Positions 61,911 through 64,000 of a stretch of 64,000 nt of DNA are shown in pieces; position 1 is the stretch's first letter; each line of letters opens with the position of its first letter. Source of the DNA: Sarea resinae (taxonomy: Eukaryota); NCBI GenBank assembly GCA_026026165.1, contig JAPEUD010000001.1:744001-808000 (forward strand). Direction: 5' to 3'. The translations under genes were made by a program, and so were the position numbers. Under the pieces are notes generated by a model. The model did no database searches. It was not told the DNA's origin and saw only the letters and a list, made by a program, of their open reading frames with translations.

Positions 61911-63426
61911 ATGAACAGGCGTCCTTTGAGTCTTTACCGCTTCTATTGCTTCGATAGTCATTGTAGCCGCAGATCAGTGGCTGGAAGACTAGGCTCGATC
62001 AAGGGTCAAGTCTACAATTGTTCTGTCGATGCAGAGCCTCTGCAACGCTATCGTCCGGGCGGCTATCATCCAATTCATATTGGTGACACATTGAAAGAGG
62101 GGCGGTATAAGACATTCCAAAAGTTAGGCTTTGGCAGCTATTCAACGGTCTGGGCGGCAAGAGATCAAACGTGGGTTGCCCTCGTTGAAAAAAAAAAAAA
62201 CCACTTCCTGACAAGAGAACAGCAGATCAGAACGCAATGTAGCCATCAAAGTATCCGTTTCGGAGAGTGGGCAGGACAGTCGCGAGCTTCGAATGCTACG
62301 GATCCTTTCGGCGAGTTCGTCTCGGGCAGAGAACGGACAGCATGTCGTGACATTGCTCGCTGAGTTTATGCACGCGGGACCAAACGGTGTTCATGCCTGC
62401 CTCGTACTCGAATTGCTTGGTCCGAATGTTTCGACATACATCGAAGAGCGATTTCCCGCTGGACGATTGCCAGGGGTCTGCGCGAAAGACATATCTAGAC
62501 AGGCGCTTCATGGTCTAGCATTCATGCATCACTTACACATCGGCCATGGTGGTAAGCCGCACGGAATCTTTCCACACTCGCCCGCAGTATGGCTGAGGAT
62601 CTTTGCTGAACGCGACACAGATCTACATATCGGGAACCTTGCTCTCACACTGCCAGATGTAGAGTCTCTTTCCGAGCAAGAGCTGATTAAAAGACTCGGG
62701 GCTCCAAGCATTGGCTCTGTGACAGGCACAGAAGGAGAACCTCTTGGCCCCGAGGTTCCGCAATACCTAGTTTGGCCAGCTTCCATCTCCACTTCTCGAC
62801 AGAAGCTCCATCACCCTATCAAGATCATTGATTTCGGGCAATCTTTCCACGCAGACGACAGGCCCTGCACGCTTCACACCCCGCCAGCACTACACCCGCC
62901 CGAGCTGCTTCTTGGCAAGGACTGGGACTACCGAGTCGATCTATGGGCCGCTGGGTGCATGGTAACATCCCCTCCCCCGCTGCTATCATTTCCTTTCGAC
63001 CTTACAAACCCCTAGATCTTCGAACTAGTAGCCGGCCACCCCCCCTTTGACAACTTCTTCCGCGACAAAGAAGCTCTCCTGCGGCAAATCCTCGAGTCAG
63101 TCGGGAAGGCACCTGACAAGTGGGAGGCCGCCGCTACCAAAGGTATATCCAACCCACTCGCCAGCTATCCTGTCCCTGGACTCATACTCAAGGCAGGCTC
63201 TACAGAAAGTCCAGCGGACAACAAGAGCGCTATCGACATCGAGGACTGGCTCGAAGAGTTATATTTCAACAACAACGACGACGACGACGACTGCAAAAAG
63301 CAGGATCTTTCACCCCACGAGATCAGAAGCCTGAAGCGCCTGCTACGGAAGCTGCTCTGCTGCGACCCAGAGGCTCGATACATGGCAGATATTGCCGTCC
63401 GAGATGGCTGGTTCGAAGATCCTTAG
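61911..63426 (+). CDS. SRPK-like (CMGC) protein kinase, 5 exons
   Basis: EPLQRYRPGGYHPIHIGD, KLGFGSYSTVWAARD, VAIK, HAGPNGVHACLVLELLG, HG|DLHIGN, IIDFG, HPPE, VDLWAAGC, DPEAR; introns join in frame to WFEDP*. The start ATG is uncertain. Confidence 0.85.
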
Positions 63427-63429
63427 AAC

Positions 63430-64000
63430 CCTCACTCACTTAACCACCCACTCACCCACTCACTCAATTACCCACTCACTCAGTCACCCACTCACTCAGT
63501 CACTGCAAAGAAAGGGGCACTTCCGACATGGTATTTCCTAGAAATAGAAACATTCGAAGACCATGACACCATGTGAGGAGCAGCGCCGCCGCCGCCGCTG
63601 CTATATAGATAGTAGGCATCACAGATAGGCATAACCCGGACGATGCCGGGTTCTAGAAGTCTTTTTTCTTTTTTTTTTTTCTTCCGGGGCCGTGTAGGAA
63701 TCGGTGAGCCTATCATTATTGATTATTACTGGACCTTGTTATATACGACAATGGTGGATGATGATGAGTAATGATATAATAGTCATCATGATATACTGTA
63801 ATATAATATGCATAGCCTGTCCTAACCTACCACTCCAGTAACCTACTAAACTAAACTAACCTAACAGCAAAAACATACATCTAAACTAATCCGACTAACC
63901 TCCCTATACCCAACCCAACGTAACCTAACCTCACCCGACCCAAACCTGATCTAAAGTGATATCCAACCTAAGCCATAAGGGACAAACATGCACGAGAGGG
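63430..64000. repeat. Low-complexity 3' flank: (CACT)n, poly-T, degenerate (CTAAC/CTAAA)n
   Basis: Directly visible. Confidence 0.75.

Noticed and set aside
63820..64000. CTAAC/CCTAA-rich end of the window as a telomere
   Set aside because: Degenerate pentamers like the other 3' spacers here, not tandem CCCTAA.

Overview
This is a gene-dense, intron-containing eukaryotic region from a filamentous ascomycete (Pezizomycotina-like: short GT..AG introns with CTRAY branch sites; the species cannot be determined from this sequence). I can support 23 spliced protein-coding genes. Most are conserved housekeeping genes: gluconokinase, BCKDH E2, MED16, an HST4-type sirtuin, SF3A2, TBCE, a SUZ-domain protein, NAR1, RPB12, TRP4, mitochondrial uL10, PI-PLC, COT1/CBK1, TIM54, NAT1, MIX23, Fpg and SAH1. 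The others are a DszC/SfnB-like flavin monooxygenase, a UPF0643-like protein, an SRPK-like kinase, a small hypothetical protein, and a ~2,060-aa disordered protein built from Trp-Gly/poly-Lys units. I saw no tRNA, rRNA, transposon, CRISPR array or secondary-metabolite cluster. The most interesting signals are: (1) the giant WG/poly-K repeat protein; (2) AUG-free in-frame N-terminal extensions on MIX23, COT1 and HST4, suggesting near-cognate initiation; (3) a recurring TACTG/CAGTA palindrome family (ACTGCGCAGT three times) in long intergenic promoters; (4) mirror-skewed, TpA-rich repeat mosaics between convergent genes. All gene models were read by eye, and all functional hypotheses are untested.
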